A DNA stretch of 58,638 nt, filler included, from Sphacelaria rigidula (taxonomy: Eukaryota): the NCBI GenBank assembly GCA_964200075.2. It is 10 parts of 10 records of this genome, joined end to end, with 100 filler letters (N's around TTAATTAATTAA, not from the genome) between each part and the next. Parts side by side here need not be neighbours in the genome. Positions count along the whole stretch, not along the records: positions 35,246 to 41,019 come from CAXNAA020024574.1; positions 41,120 to 46,892 come from CAXNAA020024575.1; positions 46,993 to 52,765 come from CAXNAA020024576.1; 7 more parts are not named here. One strand, written 5' to 3'. The notes under the pieces were generated by a model that did not search any database, had not been told where the DNA came from, and worked only from the letters and a program-made list of their open reading frames with translations. The translations under genes were made by a program, and so were the position numbers. Of this stretch, positions 35,503 through 48,891 are shown one piece after another; within the stretch, counting starts at the first letter, position 1, and each line of letters begins with the position of its first letter.

Positions 35503-38481
35503 CTAATGTAGGAAATTTCAGGAGAAAATCTGACCAGATTTTCACCGCGCAGTGGAAACCGGTAAGGTTTGACGGGTATCTCGCCATGAGACCTCAACCT
35601 TTATGTGAATTGAACATGGCGTAGGTCACCCATACGGGGGGGGAGGAGGGTGTACGGCCAAGAGTCACCAAAATCCCAGTGTGGGTAATCTGGGTTAACC
35701 ACTTTCGCATGATATGTTTTTCTTGATTCGCGTCGCACGTAATCGTATCGCATCTCGAATACATCCACACCATCATCACATCATTGATTACCATGAAAAA
35801 TAAGGGTTGTAACGAAGTATCACTGAAGTGCGTTATTGATTTGCGTTGGATTGGACGTCAAATGGGTTCCATGCCTTTTTGACGCAGTTCCGTGAAGAAT
35901 GTCCGGTTAGGGCACCGTTTACTCGAAGATGCAAAACCTCAAGCGAGTACCCCAGTACCCGAGTATCCGAGTACCCGAGAATCCGAGTACCCAATTCCCT
36001 GGTACACCATGTGTTTGGGTACGAGTACTCACCGGTGTGAGCGGCTCATTTTGTACTCAAACGTCTCAATCGAGCGGTAGCTAGTCCACTCCCCCCCAAG
36101 CCGGTACAAAACTCCACTACAGAGCCGCCACCGAGAAATGCTAAAACTCACCCCGTGGCCTTGACCATAGCAGTGCGTCGTGCTTCGTTTGGGCCCTTTC
36201 TATGTCGGTATACATTTTGGGCAAAGAAACGTTTCCGTGTGTGTGCGTACAGAGAGTGCGGCTAAACGATCACCAGCAGCCCCCCTTCATTTCTGCGGAT
36301 ACGTGCGAGCTGCTGCTAGCCCAAAACGTGGAGCGGTTTCCCGTCGAATAGAGCACGCAGTACCTAGCTGAACAGAGACTGGTCCCAGTGAGGAGGCAGT
36401 CACGGGTTTGCGATGGTTTATCCCTCAAAATGATAGAAGTTTACACCTGAAATTTCGACGTAAGGTGCAGGTGACCCATGTGATGGTCATGAAAGGCAGC
36501 CTTACGATTGTTCAATCGTATTTCTCCTCGAAATTCCATGTCCTGCTTATTAATCTCAATGTTCGACTGATAAATTCGGCGTCAGTGACTTCGAGCGTGG
36601 AAGAATATTATCCCATCCACCAGCATGTCGACAAAATGGTCTAATTTCCCCCTGTTTTGCTCAAGAAGACAAGTGTGTGCCTTTGAATACTACCCGATGC
36701 GCTGCCAGACCGATACGCGTTACAATTATTCCTTTATACTTCTGGCCGGGAGGGGGGGAGGGCGAAAGGATCCGTTTCGCTCATGATTCAGCTTGAAATC
36801 CTCAAGTTCGCGCATGCAGAGGGTACGGCACACCTCGGCGTCCATGTACGATTGCACGGAGACATTTTGGCACCGCGGGAACAAGGTATGAACCGCAAAA
36901 TAAGCCCACCGTTAGTGTGCCGTGCACGCTCTGTACGATAGACCACATCGGCAAACGTTGTACCCTATGTAGTACACTTTTTACCAATTGAATTCAGTGT
37001 CCAGGGTGTAGTGTCGTTTCAGGTCCCAGAGCAAGTAGGATCAAGCTATTTCCCTCAGAGCTCTTCTTTTCCTTCGTTATATTTCGTCTACACGTGTACG
37101 ACCTCCTTACATTGAGTAATTGAGCAGAGGCCGGCCACGTCTTTTTCATTCGATTTTGGCAACAACGATACTGTTTCAAGCTTTTGTGACGGGCGGAGTT
37201 GAGTCTCATCAGTCGTATTTTTACAGTGTCCCCCTCGCGCGAAGAAAAATGGAGACAACCCCAATTATATCCTGACCACGACTCCATCACCAGGAAATGA
37301 GCTGATGCGGGACTTGCTCCTTCAAAGATACACCCACACTCTGAAGCCAACTCGAGATGGGTACTCACGGAGACCATGGTGTCATCACTCGTGCATCCTC
37401 TTGGTCACTGCGCTCGGTGAGGTGGGGTGGCACGACCGGGGGGTCAACACCTCAGCCCCGGCTTCCTTTCACGGTGATGGGAGAATCTCTCTGGTATTTC
37501 AAAATCAGGACAGACTCCTCGACCTCACAAACGAGTGACCATTTGCGACACTGGTAGCTTCACCGTGCTTGTCGCTAGCGCAGTGGTCCCAACGACAGTT
37601 GCGCATGCCTTTCTGTACCCGTAGGTGACAAGACTTGAATCGATCCAAAACTATTCGCTGTGAATTACACTTGTCGGTCAGCAGCTGCGTTTCTCGAACA
37701 GAACGCAAAACCCACTCCGGAGGACGAAGCCCACATACACTTCTTCAACATCTACACGAAAACCTTCCCCCTTCCTCCCTTGAAAACCCAAGAGTTTTCC
37801 GTCACAAACGCATCATTGCCCAAGGGCTTCTACCTTATGTACACACACCAACAACACATCGCTTCACGACCCCAGTATCAGGAGATCAAGTGCATCAACA
37901 AATCACATACATCCTCACTCACCGCGCCAAACACGAAGCATCACGTATTCACGTAGAGTATAGCAGATATGCTCAGCAAGCTGTTCCGTTCGGCGTACCG
38001 CGTTTCGTTCTTACGCACTGCTACACCAATGCAGACCACAATGACAACTAACAACCAAGGCCTCGAATTCACACGGATACCTATGCAATTCACCGACACA
38101 GGCTGGCACTCATCTAGCAAGGAAGGTGCTGTCCCGGTTTACAGACTCCACCTGCACGGCCAGGTAGGTGCTCACGCCCCAGAAGACCAACGGTCGCCAT
38201 CCACAACTTCGGCGAACCGCGCTCTCACCGATTCAATACAACGAAACAATCGAGACAAGGAGCAATGTCGCTCACCAGCCTACGTTGCTCGATGTTCCGA
38301 TGCCATCGCGATGTCGTAGTTGCCAGATACCGGTAAAACAAGCATACAGAAACGACACGGGACTCGAGAGACGCTGGCTGGCACTCATCGAGCACAGAAG
38401 GTACTGCTCATGTCCCCAAGATTCACCCTATCGCCCCAAAACAACGACGCTCACCATCTACAACTTCGGGGGGCCGTGCCA

Positions 38482-40036
38482 CTATCGGTGCAACACAAAA
38501 ACGTCAGAGTCCACGCTGCTCGATGACGGCGAGACATCGCTCGATGACAACATGACATCGCTCGATAATGACGTGACACCGCTCGAGGGCAACACTTGGA
38601 ACTCCTCAGAGCAAGCGTAGACGGAGTCATCGCCGAACACACCCACGCGAATACTGTACATGCCAGCTTGCTCTACGCTCGGCATCACGATGTCGTAGTT
38701 GCCGGCTGCTCAGAAGACAAGAAGCAGAGGCGACACAGAATACGGGAGACCAGGCGATGGGGGTGATTGGGAGTGCGGGTGAGGGTGCAGTTGAGACGTG
38801 ATGCTGCACAACCTTGATCACTCATTAATATTTTCCCAGGCCGTAACGCTTTGGTCCAGAGGCAAGTCACGGTTGCTGCCTCCTTGTCGCGTCCTTTCAT
38901 CAAGGCTGGGACTGAGTTTGCATCTGACCTCGTGCACTTGTTGCTCGTGCAAATCGCGACGGGCTAGTCTACTGTCGTGGAACACTCCTATCATTTCATT
39001 CGTCCCCCCAACTGTGACATTATCAGACGAAATCGCATCATGCTCCGAGTTGTCTCAATATCGCGATGTTAATGAAAGCAGGACGAAAGCACCACAGTGT
39101 TTGCTGCTCACCCGAGTCCTTGCAGCCAATGTTTGGCTTGTCGCACACAGAGCCAACCCAATCTCCGCAATCGCCGTTCCCGCCGCTGGCGTACAGATCG
39201 ATCTTGAAGCGTCCGACCGAACCACCGAACCCGTTGTCGTAGTCAAACTGAACCGCAGCACAAGGTCGAGGGATGAAAAGGGAGGGAGTCGCTCATCAAC
39301 GGTATCAGGAAACACGTAACAGAAGAGAGCCGTCAGGGACCGCAATTCAGGGACCACGTGCGCAGGTATCCCGTACCGAGCACACTGAACACTCGCACCA
39401 CCTGTCAGCAGATAGCAAGATGTCTAGATACTTCTGTTCAACGTCATCGTATACGGAGGACACCATCAATCACGACAAATATCCCACGCTGCAGCGCATT
39501 CACCAACAGCTAGACACGCACATGATCCCTTGCTTTGGGTTAGTTTCGTGTTGGAATGCTCGCATGTGGAAATGGGTGTTTTCTGCCCACGACTATCACC
39601 GAAGTTTGTAGTCCGGGTACAAATGGAAGACAGGTGAACGATTTCCAACGAGAGACGATGCTTGCAGCTTAAGCTTGCAATTATGATCATCTCGTGGTCG
39701 TATTTTCGATCTTGAAAAATTGCCCACCTCTACCGTGTATTCCTCCCCGGAAAGTGCCACCGAGTCCGCCGTGGGAGATGTAACAGCCAAACTCGGACCA
39801 AGTCCGCCAACTTCCCCGGTCATGTCGACATCCGTGGATGCCATCAAGAAAAAGTCGTCTGAGCACCGAACCGAATCCATGCCGCCCCCGATTTCCGCGA
39901 TTCTCATCCTGTAGCCGCCGCCCGATTGCCTTCCCAGCGGCTCTGGCATCAACACATTGTAGCCACCATCCGCATCCTGGGCGCATCCTGCCTCCTCATC
40001 TGGGCACAAACTTTCCAAGATAAAGCCGCAGTTGTC
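38482..40036 (-). CDS. 3' part of a Cys-paired repeat-domain protein (Kre9/KNH-like, Ser/Thr-rich GPI-anchored-family-like beta domains); exons 39728-40036, 39112-39247, 38482-38705
   Basis: Phase-compatible GT-AG exons give DNCGFILESLCPDEEAGCAQDADGGYNVLMP...GYRMRI...RCSDDFFL...VTSPTADSVALSGEEYTVE|FDYDNGFGGSVGRFKIDLYASGGNGDCGDWVGSVCDKPNIGCKDS|AGNYDIVMP...MYSIRVGVFGDDSVYACSEEFQVL, then a Ser-rich tail. There are two internal homologous domains (CG...C...GC...GxYxxxMP...Y.IR....CS..F). The domain name is inference. Confidence 0.8.
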
Positions 40037-40816
40037 CTGTGCACCAGCAGGGACGACGTTCACGGAAGTGACCAAAGCATTGTCTCGTTGATTCCGGCCA
40101 ACCGTTCATCATGCACTTACTTGTGCCAAATGCGTGTAATCGGGTTACACCAATGGAGGTCCAACAACGTTGATCAGCATCATTCGAGCTAGTGAGAGCG
40201 GGGCGGGGGTAGGGTGAGGGCTGGCCGGCAGAGGGCAGAGTACCTCCGTCGGTGGGGGTCTTCGGTATGGAGGGGTATAGCCATCAGTGAGGTGTAAGGG
40301 AGTGGAGGGTCAAAGGGCGGATCAGCTTCCACACGTTGCTCTTGTTGTTGGTTGACCTGTATACGAGCTGGGTCGGTCGTGAACGTAGAAACCATCCGCA
40401 CACAACAACGCTTTCAGTTTCCCGAACCAGCCTGATATGAGCATGTCGCTGTCATCTGCGGACAAACCTGGTGATCCACGACTTCGCCGCTGTTCGATTG
40501 GCGTAGTTTTGGCGATGACGGTATTGTACTGCATTGAGTACCGGGTGCATCTCATTTGTATCGTGGCGTGACAGTGTGTTCTGAGTTTTCTTTCAACTGA
40601 AACGCGGCGGATGCACGCATGACAACTTTGACACGCACAGTCAAGCGTGCACTGGGAAATGCTGATCATGAAAGAGGACGTCCGAGCCGATTGTAACATT
40701 CAACAAGCACAGGCACGAGTATCAAACTGGGACGGGGCTGCAACGTTTTTCCTTGACCAAATCGCCAATCGTGATCGTTTTTCTCACAATTGGAGAAACA
40801 AAATGTGACAGATTAT

Positions 40817-41019
40817 GGGGGGGGAGGGCGAGGGGTACTCATTCGTTGCTTGCTTCTTAGTCGTTTGACCATTGACCACGCATCTTTTTTGAGACGGTGC
40901 ACCGTTCCTACTCCCAACAGAGACATCTCCAACATTCCGGCGCTCGTTACGTTTCTTCCATACATTACACAAAAACCTTTTACATATCTTATCCCCGTCC
41001 TGTTTCGCCGTGTCTGGCC
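40817..41019 (-). mobile_element. LINE 3'-end fragment (same family), cut by the scaffold end
   Basis: G-run + GTACTCATTCGTTGCTTGC...CATTCCGGCGCTCGTTACG aligns with 46993-47160. Its translation ...WKKRNERRNV... matches. Confidence 0.88.
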
Positions 41020-41394
41020 NNNNNNNNNNNNNNNNNNNNNNNNNNNNNNNNNNNNNNNNNNNNTTAATTAATTAANNNNNNNNNNNNNNNNNNNNNNNNN
41101 NNNNNNNNNNNNNNNNNNNTGCAATAGACAATAGATTCCATACTGTACGCAGTACATTTTTCGACCGTGTCTTCTTTTGTCCAGGGTATGGAAAATACAG
41201 CCAGACAATAAGTTGTGTGTCAACTTTCCTACACACCCTACTAAGATGTGAGTTATCTGTGCATTTGTCAGTTGTCTTATGAAACATGAAGTATGTTGCA
41301 AGTGTTTGTGAGAGCATACATGACCGTATCTTTATTCTTTGACCCAACACATTCAAAGGAAGCCCCAAAGGATTCGTTGCCATCAAATAGGCCC

Positions 41395-42559
41395 ACAGCA
41401 CAGTACGGTTCGTACCCAACAATAAGTCTAAAATCTTCAGCGCAAAAGGCACCCAGAGGGAGAGATCAAGTCGACGACCAACCGCACGTATTCGCAATAC
41501 AGCAATAAATTCCTGGCACGTAGTGATGTCACTTGTTGCCCTTCTTGCTCGAGATCTACGAGATCTACTTCAAAGCAACGCGCAGTAAAACCCTCACGTG
41601 TCTCACCCATCAACGTCTAATTCCCAGCTGCTGCAATTCTAGGGGAGTGGAGACACAACTTCAAGACAGTTATGTTGAGAAAACTCAACTTCGATTCCAT
41701 TTATACTGTAGAGCTCTCTTCGCAGGCCAGCTGCTTCTTGAGACCCCTAAATACGCATGCTGAACTCACGGTTACTTTATGGTATTTCGCAGATTGAGAT
41801 CGGATCACTCGCTACTTGAAGGCATTTTCTCCCTTCTCCGCTAAGGACGAATCACAATTAGCAGCAGCGGTAATGTTGGACAGATTATGCCGGCCGCTCG
41901 TGTCCATGTGACGCAAAGTATGGGGTGTATAATCACTAGTCAACTTCCCCCCGAGTCTGGACCTTTGGATGATCTGGAGAATCGGCTACATCACCCGGCT
42001 CCGCGCCATCATCAAAACCTTGGCCAGCTAGTGCCGTGGAACGGTCCCCCACGCTCGCCGCATTGGTCGATTCATCTCCCGCAAGTGTTGGGGCCGCGCT
42101 GCCGGCGCGCCTACGGGCACCGGTCATGATGACTATCGTTGTGTCGGCGATGACGTCACCAGATTATGCTCCAGCGTTGGCAGCGATTGCTCTCCAACTC
42201 TCGTCGACAGCTGCAGACACCGCCATCATCATGCGGTCGGTCGACTTCTTCACGCTACCCGGCACCGCTATGGCACCTTTGTAGGCAGCTGCCTCAGCAC
42301 GGTCACCCACATAACCGGTGGTGTCACCGGTAGTATGACCAGCGATTTCCGTACGATTCACCATTGCTTACACTTGGTCGTCCTCGGCTATTCTGTCAGT
42401 GACACGTGTCGGGTGGTCCGTAGCCCTGTACGCCGCTCGCCAGGGTTGCTCCAGTGGCCGGTGTGGTACTGCAGTGGCCATACCAATCGGATGAGCCAAA
42501 TTGCTGGCGCTCTCATTCAGATCTTGACCAACAGATGACACACTGTGACTGATAAGTGC

Positions 42560-42596
<37 letters not shown>

Positions 42597-42700
42597 ACGC
42601 TCCTGCAACATCTCTACAGCGATTTCGACCATCTTCGACCATCCTCTCTGTAATGCGTGGGAATGGCCAGTGCCATCTCCACCGCCATGGCGTACCGGCG
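41395..42700 (-). pseudogene. Degenerate partial tandem duplicate of the 3' exon and 3' flank of the gene at 43653-46679
   Basis: MVNRTEIAGHTTGDTTGYVGDRAEAAAYKGAIAVPGSV matches MMNHAEIAGHAAGETAGYVGDCAETAAYKGAMALPGSV. It has an in-frame stop, indels and a (TA)n insertion at ~42562-42593. The 3' flank ACAGCACxGxACGGTTCGTA is duplicated ~1.72 kb apart. Confidence 0.85.
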
Positions 42701-43652
42701 ACCCAATGATACGCCGGCTCCACGTTTATGGCGTGGGGCGGCGTGCACAGGGCAGTCCATCGTGGATGTGACAGGTAACGGGCGATCAAGCGTCGATATT
42801 TTACAAAAAAAACGAACAGTGCCATGAACGTTATCAAAACAATGTCCAATATGTTTGCAAATCATGAGACAATTTCGTCCCGAAAATTATCAACGACTAG
42901 GACTTCAATAAACCTTCAGAACCTTTTTTCCAGTAAACATAACCATAGCATCGTAGGCACCTCCGTTGGGGAGGTATAATCTGCACCCCACAACCGACAG
43001 TACGTTTGGAACAGAGGAAATACATGCGCCCGTAGACCGTACCCTGACGTCATAACCAATGTTGTCTCTCACTACTCATTTGTACGGCACACCAGGAGTC
43101 GCCACATGAATGAGGTCTACAGCACGGCACGGTTCGTATCCGCACGATACATCTAGAGTCTTCACAGCGTGTACACAAAAGATCGCGTCTAACACGACGA
43201 CCAATCGCACGTATCCACAATACAGCCATACACCCCTTGCACCCAGTATGTTGCTACTATGTCATAGTATGTTGCTCGTTGCCCTTCTCGCTCGAAATCC
43301 AGGTCTATGCGAGACACACCAAAATCATCACGTGTTTTGCCCACCATCGTCTGGTTCCCTGGCTGCTGCAGGTCCCGGGGAGTGAGAACATAACCTCCAG
43401 GCGCCCATGGTGAGAACACTGCGCTTTGATCTTGCGCAGAGCTCCCTTTCTGGGCCAGCTGCTCCTTGCTTAGCTTGGGGCGTGTTTCCTCTTCTCTGCT
43501 GATGCCGAACCACTGTCAGAAGCAGCGGCATTGGCGTTGAGCAGACTGTACAGACCGCTCAGGTGCACATATCGCGAAATACCAGTTGTGCAACCAGTGG
43601 TCAATTTCACTCCGGCTTCCCGAATCTGTCAAGTTGCAAATGGCGTTCCGAC

Positions 43653-46600
43653 CTAGACCTCGGGACGATCTGGAGAATCGACTGAATCATCTCGCTTCGC
43701 GGATGCATCAAAGGTTTCGCTAGCTACCGCCGTGGAACTGTCCCCCGCGATTGCTGTGCTTGTCGGTTTATTTCCGACAAGTGCTGTGGCCGCGCTACCG
43801 GCGAGACTACCGACATCGGCCATGAGGGCCTTCGTACGGTCGGCGATGACACTGCCAGATAAAACTTCAGCGTTGGCAGCGGTTGCTCGCAGCCTTTCGT
43901 CGACAACCGCAGACGCCACCATCGTCGCGCGGTCGGTCAACTCCTCCACGCTGCCCGGCAGCGCCATGGCACCTTTGTATGCTGCTGTTTCAGCACAGTC
44001 ACCCACATAACCGGCGGTCTCACCGGCAGCATGACCAGCGATTTCGGCATGGTTCATCATCGCTTGCACTCGGTCGTCCTCGGCTATTCTCCCAGTAAAA
44101 CGTGTCGCGCGGTCCGTAGCGTCCTGTACGCCGCTTGTCACCGCTGCTCCAGTGGCCGAGAGGGCACCCGCAGTGGCCATACTAATCGGATCAGCCAAAT
44201 TGCCGGCGCTCTCGTTCAGACCTTGACCAACAGATGCCACACGACGGATAAGTGCGTGCGTACAATCGTCCTCGATTGCTTTCTCTGCAGCGATTTCCGC
44301 ACGGTTTACCATTACTTGCACTTGGTTGTTCTCGGCTATTCTCTCAGTAACACGTGTCGCGCGGTCTATAGCGTCCTCTACTCCGCTTGTCACCGCTGCT
44401 CCAGTGGCCGAGAGGGCCCCCGCACTGGCCGTCCTAATCGGATCAGCCAAACTACTGACGCTCTCATTCAGACTTTGACCAACAGATGTCGCACGGCGGA
44501 TAAGTGCTTGGGTGCCATAATCCTCTATCGCTTTCTCTACAGCGATTTCCGCACGGTTCACCATTGCTTGCACTCGGTCGTCCTCGGCCATTCTCTCAGT
44601 AACACGTGTCGCGCCGTCCATAACATCCTCTACGCCGCTTGTCAGGGCTGCTCCAGTGGCCGAGAGGGTACCCGCAGTGGCCGTCCTAATCGGATCAGCC
44701 AAACTGCTGGCGCTTTCATTCAGACCTTGACCAACAGATGTCGCACGACGGATAAGTGCTTGCATACGATCATTCCCCATTGCTGTCTCTGCCGTATCTC
44801 TCCAGTGGTCGGTCACGCGCTGTACGCCGCCCGATATCGCCGTACCGGTGTCCACCAGGGCACTATCAGCCGCTGTCTCGATCCGGCCAATCAGATCGTG
44901 AGTGCCGTTGCCGATATGATCGGCCATTACTCGTGCTCGATCATCCTCAGCAACCCTCTTCGCCATCGATTCCACATGAGCGATCGCCGCAGGGGTGTCG
45001 GTGAGTGTCGCGGCATGATTGGCCAGAGCATTGGCCCCGTCAAAGGCAGCTTGCGTTGTGAATGCCACGCTAGGGTCCTTGAACGCCGCAATGGGGCCAC
45101 CTGTCATTGTCCCCTTCTCTTCCTCCGCTGTGCCATCAAACGCCGCCCCGGCACCGGCTGGTACCTGCCCTGAGAAGGCTGGGGCATGACGAAACAAGTG
45201 CTGCGCGCCGTGGTTGAGTCTTGAGGCTGTGTCAAACGTTCGGTCAGCAAGATCCATCGTTGTATCTACGGCAGCTGTAGTGCGGCTGGCAATATCCTTG
45301 ACCGTGGCCTCGTGATGAGGAAAAGCCGTCGTGGATCGCCTCGCGAAAGCCACAGTGCGGTCGAACAGAGACGGTTTCCGTCTTGTTGGCGGTCTGTCGT
45401 CGTCAGGTGCGGCGTGCTGTGCAGCTACTCTGTCGGGCCAGCTTGAAATACGGGGATGGAGCGACTTGCGCCGTTCTTCATCCTATGTGGATTGACAACG
45501 TGAGTTATGAGCACACAAGATGAGATAAAAAAAAAACGATGCAACGTGTGTAATGCACGAAAATCGGTGGCGCGCTACTGCTGCGTATTCTTCTGCTGAG
45601 AAAGTTGACACACAACATGGAGCGCGATCGAGCTACAGGTAACGCGACAGAAAATGTGGCTACAGTGCAGTAGGTGAAAAGGCGAGTGTTGGGAGTGTTG
45701 GTCACACTGAAAGGTACCCTTCAGGGATTTCCACTTCTGAAAGTCGATACCGCGGGTACTCTGAATGGATAATCACCACGTCGAAACATCGGTGCGCCGG
45801 GTACTGCAGGAGGCTGAGCACAACAGAAGGTACTTCCCGTAAAACCGGCTCACGACTTGTCTGGGGTTGGGTTGCCCAAAAATCAACATGAAACATATCC
45901 TGCCGCACCGAAGCAGTGATTAGCCGAGCTGCGACTACACATGAAGCTCTCCGTTTAAGCTGAAAAAATAACTTGTTGAATACGAATTCCATGGACAAGA
46001 CTACTCGAATTACACAGCCGTTTCAATGGGGTGAGAGCAGCACAACAAACTCACGCTCATGCCCAGCATGGTCGAGATACGCCCTGTCATGTTGCCGACT
46101 GTGCTTAGCAAGTCATCGTCACGGTCGAGTTCGAAGCGCTCCTCCCTTTCTTCCACTTTCCGATCCCGCTTCCATAGGGTTTTCGACTGCAGTAGAGTGA
46201 GGGAGAACAAGCGACAACTCGTTGGCTGTACAGTACTGTGCTTCATGTGTGCAGTGTGCAGTGATACAAAGCACAAACGATGGTCAGACGACAAGACATC
46301 TTGAACCGACAAGGGCCACTGCACTACAGGTCACAGAGGGGGAAAAGGCAGAATATCCCGAACACGTGCTCTGAGATTATCACTGTCTTCATTATATAGC
46401 AGGACCATGCAGTGCAAATAAACTTTCTTCAGCCAGGTTGATAATCAATTGAACTACTAGAAGTACATTGTACACTACGGGTGAATGGCAAAAGACAGCG
46501 ATCGCGTATGGCGGGCGGTACGGGGTTGACGTGTTCTCTAGCTTAACTGATACCAGGAATTCATACCAAACCCTGTACTACGCACGTGGACAAAACCAAG

Positions 46601-46679
46601 CCAGCCACACGCAAATGCCTCGTCCATTCACCAGCAGACGACTCACCGTTTTGTAGAAGCGGCGCTGCTGGAGTGTAAG
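43653..46679 (-). CDS. 3' part of a gene for an Ala/Thr-rich helical-repeat protein (LEA/apolipoprotein-like composition); exons 46647-46679, 46055-46186, 43653-45482
   Basis: Three phase-0 GT-AG exons splice in frame: LTLQQRRFYKT|SKTLWKRDRKVEEREERFELDRDDD...MLGMS|DEERRKSLHP.... The 1830-nt terminal exon is open and holds three 252-bp (84-aa) repeats, marked by GGATAAGTGC at 44750, 44498 and 44246. Confidence 0.8.
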
Positions 46680-46819
46680 CTGTAGAGTAGTGTGGCCACG
46701 CCGAGAGCACGAACGAAGCAGTATCCAGGCACAAGCAACAATATCACAGCATCGCAGGTGGGAGCGGTAGGATCCTACACTAAGTGACATGAAAAAATCG
46801 TGCCGGACCAAATAGTCTT

Positions 46820-46892
46820 TGGGGGGAGTGGGGTGTACTCATGATCATGCATGCCATAGTCATTAGACCATTGACCTCGCATCCATACAAAG
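46820..46892 (-). mobile_element. 3' end of a related LINE subfamily
   Basis: GGGGGGAGTGGGGTGTACTCATGATC...TAGTCATTAGACCATTGACCTCGCATCC resembles the termini at 4492 and 40817. A shorter match, GGGGTGTGTACTCATGATC, lies at ~31919. Confidence 0.6.
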
Positions 46893-48698
46893 NNNNNNNN
46901 NNNNNNNNNNNNNNNNNNNNNNNNNNNNNNNNNNNNTTAATTAATTAANNNNNNNNNNNNNNNNNNNNNNNNNNNNNNNNNNNNNNNNNNNNGTTGCTTG
47001 CCTTAGTCGTGCGACCATTGACCACGCATGCCTTTAGAGACGGAGCAACGTTCCTACTCCTAATAGGGACACCTTCAACATTCCGGCGCTCATTACGTTG
47101 CTTCCACATATTACGCAAAATCCTTTAATCTATTGTATCTCCGTCCTGTTCCGCCGTCTCTGATCAGCATCTATCTCCTTGTATAGCCATCGTTTTCTCC
47201 CTGCTGTCTAATGCATCAAACGATTTCAGCCAACTTCGTTCACGTCCCGCGTTTTCCCCTCTAGCACGTCGCGTCCCTCCTTGCATAGCTCACATTCTGT
47301 CACTATATGACTTCTGCTCTCTATTGCTTTGCCACGAAGGCAGTTCTGTCCACTTACTTCTCCTTCCTTTCGACTACTGGTGTATCTCTTTTTCTTTTTG
47401 GAAGGTTCAGGTCCCCCACCCGAAATCGCAGTTTCATATTTTTCGCAGTGTCCGTTGAGCCACGCGAATATGCTTTCATTCCGATCCCTTCTCCCAACCA
47501 CCCATATATCTCCAGGTGTTCTTCCTCGTCTACCTTGCGTTTGAGCGCTCATTTTCCCCTTGTTTCCTTTTTCCATCATGTCTCCTTATTTCGCCTTGTA
47601 TCCCGCGTCTTCACCTGTGAAGAGTATTTCGTCTTGGTTTCCTCCCATCTCTATCCATACTTTCTCGACTTCTCTATCCCACCTTATTATAGCCATCCCC
47701 TTCGTACTTTTAATCCATATAGTCCTATCAACTATAGCTGGCAATCTCTTTATCTGTATGTTCTTCACGCTATATTGCTATCGCAATTTCCTCGTGTCTC
47801 TGTTTGAAGTGAGTACATTCCCAACTCGGCTTTCAAAACTGTATTCCTCGTCGTTTCCGAGCATCCAAATATTTTCTCAGCTGCTGCCATCTGTAATATT
47901 TCCAACCTCTCCACCAACTTCACATTCCCCTCTCATACGTCTCCTGCATATTCCAGCTTTGGTACGATCACGTTCATCAGGATACATCTCCTGACCCTAG
48001 TGTCTAGGTGCGGGTCTCAGAGGATCACGTCCAATCTGTCCATCTATGCCTTACCCTTTCCCATCGCTTTGTTCATGTGTGCGTCCCAAGAACAGTTTTT
48101 CGATATCTCTACGCCAAGGTATGTATACTGGTCTACGATCGGCAATTCCTCGTCTCCCCACTTCAATTTGAAATCTATACCGGAATTTTTTATCTTCGTT
48201 ACGAACGAGTACCGCGCATTTGTTGACGTTCGCTGTCACTCTCCATTTTCTAGTGTTGTTTCTAGCGCCTGATCTAGCTGTGTCTGTAGTCCTCTTGGTG
48301 TCCCTGAAATTCCCCCCAAATCATCCGCGAACATCAATCCTGATACCATATCTTCACCCACCTTGACACCTTACTTTGCTACTTCTATTGCTATTATCAA
48401 GTCATTGATAAATACCTTGAATAAAGTGGGGAATAACGTACATCTTTGTGCAACTCATTGTAAGATATCAAAATACTTGGATATTTCCCCGTCTAGAATC
48501 ATGACACTTTTGGCACACTTTATCATCTTCTTTCCCATTATCCACATATTTCCTCTGATCCCAGCTTCCCACAACTTTTTCCACAACCCATTTCTCTGTA
48601 CTGTGTCATAAGCCTTTTGGACGTCCAGAAAGAAACAATAAGTTGTTCGCCAGGTGTGTTATCTACTATGAATAATAGTGCTTAGTGTGTACACATGG

Positions 48699-48891
48699 TG
48701 TAGTGTGTGAGATGACCGCGTACTTAGAGGACCGCATCCGAATTTAAACAGCCCTTTCGTTGGAGTTAGGGTTAGGGTTCAGGTTAGTGTTGGGGTTAGG
48801 GTCAGGGACGTGTTTTGAAAAACCATGCGGTCTTGAGGTGCTTCGAACTACCATGCGGTCCTCTAAGCACGCGGTCCTCTCACGCATTACA
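48699..48891. mobile_element. 193-bp MITE with 39-bp TIRs (TGT...ACA), telomere-like TTAGGG core and imperfect 5-bp TSD
   Basis: TGTAGTGTGTGAGATGACCGCGTACTTAGAGGACCGCAT vs the reverse complement of the right end, TGTAATGCGTGAGAGGACCGCGTGCTTAGAGGACCGCAT (4 mismatches). Flanks are CATGG / TATGG. Removing it restores the LINE codons C-V-D-H-V-Y-T-L. Confidence 0.9.

Noticed and set aside
44031..45173. 380-aa plus-strand ORF
   Set aside because: Antisense shadow of the repetitive minus-strand exon.
46820..47100. One LINE continuing across the spacer
   Set aside because: The two sides overlap in homology and differ in sequence; they are separate scaffolds.
48765..48806. True telomere or chromosome end
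   Set aside because: Short, degenerate and enclosed by TIRs inside a LINE.
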